Source: Prorocentrum cordatum
Lineage: Eukaryota
Reading direction: 5' to 3'
NCBI GenBank assembly: GCA_963575745.1
Contig: CAUYUJ010000314.1
Span: 248,001-312,000 of the forward strand
DNA length: 64,000 bases
Of this stretch, positions 61,001-64,000 are shown piece after piece. Both the position numbers and the translations under genes were made by a program. Under the pieces are notes generated by a model, which searched no databases, was not told where the DNA came from, and was given only the letters and a program-made list of their open reading frames with translations. The first letter of the stretch is position 1, and each line of letters begins with the position of its first letter.

Positions 61001-61980
61001 AGAGCTCCGTTGGAGCTCTAACAAGCCATGTTAGAGCTCCCACGGAGCTCTAACATACCATGTTAGAGCTTTCAGGGAGCTCTAACATACTCGAACATGC
61101 TATGATAGAGCTCCGTTGGAGCTCTAACATACCATGTTAGAGCTCCCATGGAGCTCTAACGTACTCGAACATGCTATGTTAGAGCTCCGCTAGAGCTCTA
61201 ACAAGCCATGTTAGAGCTCCCACGGAGCTCTAACATACCATGTTAGAGCTCCCAGGGAGCTCTTACATACTGGAACATGCTATACTAGAGCTCCGCTGGA
61301 GCTCTAACATACCATGTTAGAGCTCCCATGGAGCTCTAATATACCATGTTAGAGCTCCCAGGGAGCTCTAACATACTGCAACATGGTCTGTTAGAGCTCC
61401 GTTGGAGATCTAAGATACCATGTTAGAGCTCCCGCTGAGCTCTAACATAGCATGTTAGAGCTCCCAGGGAGCTCTAACATACTCGAGCATGCCATGTTGG
61501 AGCTCCCAGAGAGCTCTAACATACTGGATCATGCTATGTTAGAGCTCCGTTGGAGCTCTAACTTATCATGTTAGAGCTCCCACGGAGCTGTAACATACCA
61601 TGTTAGAGCTCCCAGGGAGCTCTAACGTACTCGAACATGCTTTGTTAGAGCTCCGCTGGAGCTCTAACAAGCCATGTTAGAGCTCCCACGGAGCTCTAAC
61701 TTACCATGTTAGAGTTTCCAGGGAGCTCCCACTGAGCACTAACATGCTATGTTAAAGCCCCGTTGGAGCTCGGTATTTTAGAGCTCCCAGGGAGCTCTAG
61801 CATGGGAGCTCTAATATAGCATGTTAGAGCTCCCTGGGAGCTCTAACATGCTATGTTCGAGCTCCCTGGTGGCTCTAACCTACCCGCCGCCGCCGCCGCC
61901 GCCGCCTCAGAGCTCCCAGGGAGCTCTAACATAATCTAACATACGATGTTAGAGCTCCATTGGAGCTCTAACATACGATC
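58035..61980 (+). repeat. Palindromic ATGTTAGAGCTC satellite, forward array
   Basis: Same units and linkers as 50277-53180. Confidence 0.97.
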
Positions 61981-62287
61981 GGATTCTCGGGCCCTGGCTG
62001 TCGACTCCCGTCGGGAGGGCCGAGTGGTCGAGGGGCCTCCCGACGGAGGGCCCTTGCAGATGAGTCATCGTGCGGCGTTCCCCGACGGTCCGACGGTCTC
62101 CCCCGTGGCCGGTGGCCCATGGCCCGTGACCCGTCGTCGTCGTCACCGTCCGTCGGCGTCGCTGCCTCAGCCTCAGCCGTCTGCAGTGCGAAGGTCCAGT
62201 GTTTCGGCTGTACTCCTCCCCAGCCTGAGCAGGCGACCCCCCCCCGCCTCGGACTCAGGCGTCGACGCGGCGTCGACGCTCGCCGCG

Positions 62288-62989
62288 ATGGCCGCGATGG
62301 CAGCATCGGGGCCGTCGACGACTCATCACATCCAGCTCCAGCTTCGTGTGACCATCAATGGAGATGATGGAGTCGTGGTGGGCGGTGTGACCATCAACAA
62401 TGGAGATGGAGTCGTGGTGGGCGGCGGCGGCGACGACCAGCGCGCCCCGGGGGCCGCCGCCGTGTTCCAGCATGCGTTTCATGTGCCAGCTGCTGGTGGT
62501 GGTGGCGCTGCGGCCGCAGGCCCTGTGGGCGCCGCTGCAGCTCCGGGTGGCGCAGGGGCCGCACTCCCACTCCCACCCCCAGCACTTCCTGTCGCTGCCG
62601 CTGGGCAGCCTTCTCCTGTCGCTGCGCAGCCTGGGCAGCCTGGGCTGCCTCCACCGGCGCCGGCGGGGCAAGCCTTGGAGGTGCCCGAGGGGTCTGAGGC
62701 CAACGAATTCGGCTGGCCAGCCACTGCGCCGTGGATCGCACCGCACTTCCGCCGGATCTTGCCCCTCGCGGCTGGCGCGCTCGGGTACCACAGCAGCCAC
62801 GTGATGGCCCGCTATCGCAGCGTTGACATCTGCACCGTATGCGGCGGCTTCTCTGAGCGTGTATGTTCCAGGAAGCTCTGCGCGCCCTGTTCAGGGATCC
62901 GCAGTGATCACTATGGCAGGCGCAACCTTCTTCACATGCGCGTCGGCCACCACCCCAAAACTAACCGCGATTTTGCGGGCTGCTACTAA
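62288..62989 (+). CDS. A/P/G-rich protein with C-terminal Cys/His domain (HxSH..CxxCG..KLxxPC..GHHP)
   Basis: Open frame with a clustered Zn-binding pattern, reminiscent of C-terminal Zn domains of non-LTR retroelement proteins. No RT is present. Confidence 0.5.
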   Translation: MAAMAASGPSTTHHIQLQLRVTINGDDGVVVGGVTINNGDGVVVGGGGDDQRAPGAAAVFQHAFHVPAAGGGGAAAAGPVGAAAAPGGAGAALPLPPPALPVAAAGQPSPVAAQPGQPGLPPPAPAGQALEVPEGSEANEFGWPATAPWIAPHFRRILPLAAGALGYHSSHVMARYRSVDICTVCGGFSERVCSRKLCAPCSGIRSDHYGRRNLLHMRVGHHPKTNRDFAGCY

Positions 62990-64000
62990 CGTGGTGAGGG
63001 CCCGCCACGCGCCGCGCGCTGGAGTAAATGGAGGGAGGAGGGGTGGGGGGAGATGGGGGCGAGGCGATATGATCAGAGATTTTGACGACCGCGACGACGA
63101 CCGTGACGACGACGACGACGCGACGACGACCCGACCCGACTCGCCCTTAATCCTTAGGCCTCATCTGCATTCTGTGCCCTGCAGGACGCCGCCCCCGCGG
63201 CTGCTTCCCACGGTCCGTCGGCCCGATGCCACGCGCGCGCTCCATGCGAGGCCGCGTGGGCTGCAGCATGCGCGCCGTCTCATCCCCCGCCCCGCAGCGC
63301 GCGCCCCCCCCCCCCCACTGGCACCACTGGACGTTTGCGCAAGTGTCGGGCTTATGCCGATCGGATCAACGCCCCATGGCTCCAGGGCCCCCCAGGGCTC
63401 CCCCCCCCCGACTACATGAATTATCCGACGCTGTCCGCCGCGAGGGCGGGGGGGGAGGGGGGGCGCGCTGTAGCTGTTCTCTGTTCTATCGGCTAGCGCA
63501 GTCAGTCGAAACCTTCGGCCTGGCAGCGAATCTCGAAAGCATAACAGATTTATGGGGTTCTGGATCTACTAGGACTCAAAAAATGAGTGTGTTGAAGATT
63601 GGGATCTCCTCTTGACGCCCTGAGGGGCGAGGAATTTCTGGCAATCTCTCTTGAGGCCCTGTGGGGAGATAGAATTTCTGGGATCTCCTCTTGAGGCCCT
63701 TAGGGTAGTTAGAATTTCTTGGTGCCGTTGGGGTCTTGCAAAATCTCTGGGCCCACCCATCAAGAGCTGGTAGGCCATCTGGGGAGAACTCGACAGGCTC
63801 TTGGCGCCCTCGCTCGCTGAAAATGCATTAATCTTCGCATTGCTTCGAGGGAATGGGCGACTTCCGACATCCGTGAGTTCGTCTAGAATTGGTTGCGGCT
63901 ATTTTCGCTCTGCTTCCTATCCGCCCTCTGGACGTTCCATCGGCTACAACGGCCCCTGTTCTTCCATCATTGCCCAATTCCATTCCCACCGCGGCTCCAG

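Noticed and set aside
50277..61980. CRISPR-like array of palindromic repeats
   Set aside because: Linkers are 3-13 bp and drawn from a few fixed words, so there are no unique spacers; no cas-like ORFs; eukaryotic context.

Overview
Repeat-dominated, GC-rich eukaryotic genomic DNA, almost certainly from a dinoflagellate: a near-perfect dinoflagellate spliced leader (DinoSL, 20/21 nt) lies on the minus strand at 20714-20734, with shorter SL relics in front of other ORFs. There are no RNA genes or CRISPR arrays, and most ORF-track entries are microsatellite or satellite artefacts. 1-37 kb is a nest of mobile elements. It includes a decayed Merlin/IS1595-type transposase inside a 19-bp TIR pair (7793-17258), several non-autonomous satellite-carrying element families sharing CCC(C)AA(C/T)C-type subterminal inverted repeats (Helentron/HINE-like), an A-X-A-X-A tandem carrying Tc1/IS630 fragments (23.7-28.3 kb), and an SL-capped processed pseudogene ending in telomere-like repeats (18.3-20.7 kb). 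38-63 kb is an island of co-oriented, intronless genes interleaved with about 9 kb of a palindromic ATGTTAGAGCTC satellite. The genes are a hAT-like transposase, an S24/S26-peptidase-domain protein, a GIY-YIG-like nuclease, two Zn-finger/coiled-coil paralogues and a Cys/His-domain protein. This island is the best candidate for an undescribed system. Two short candidate host exons and a 100-N gap (53181-53280) are also present. All family assignments come from motifs read by eye; no database searches were run.
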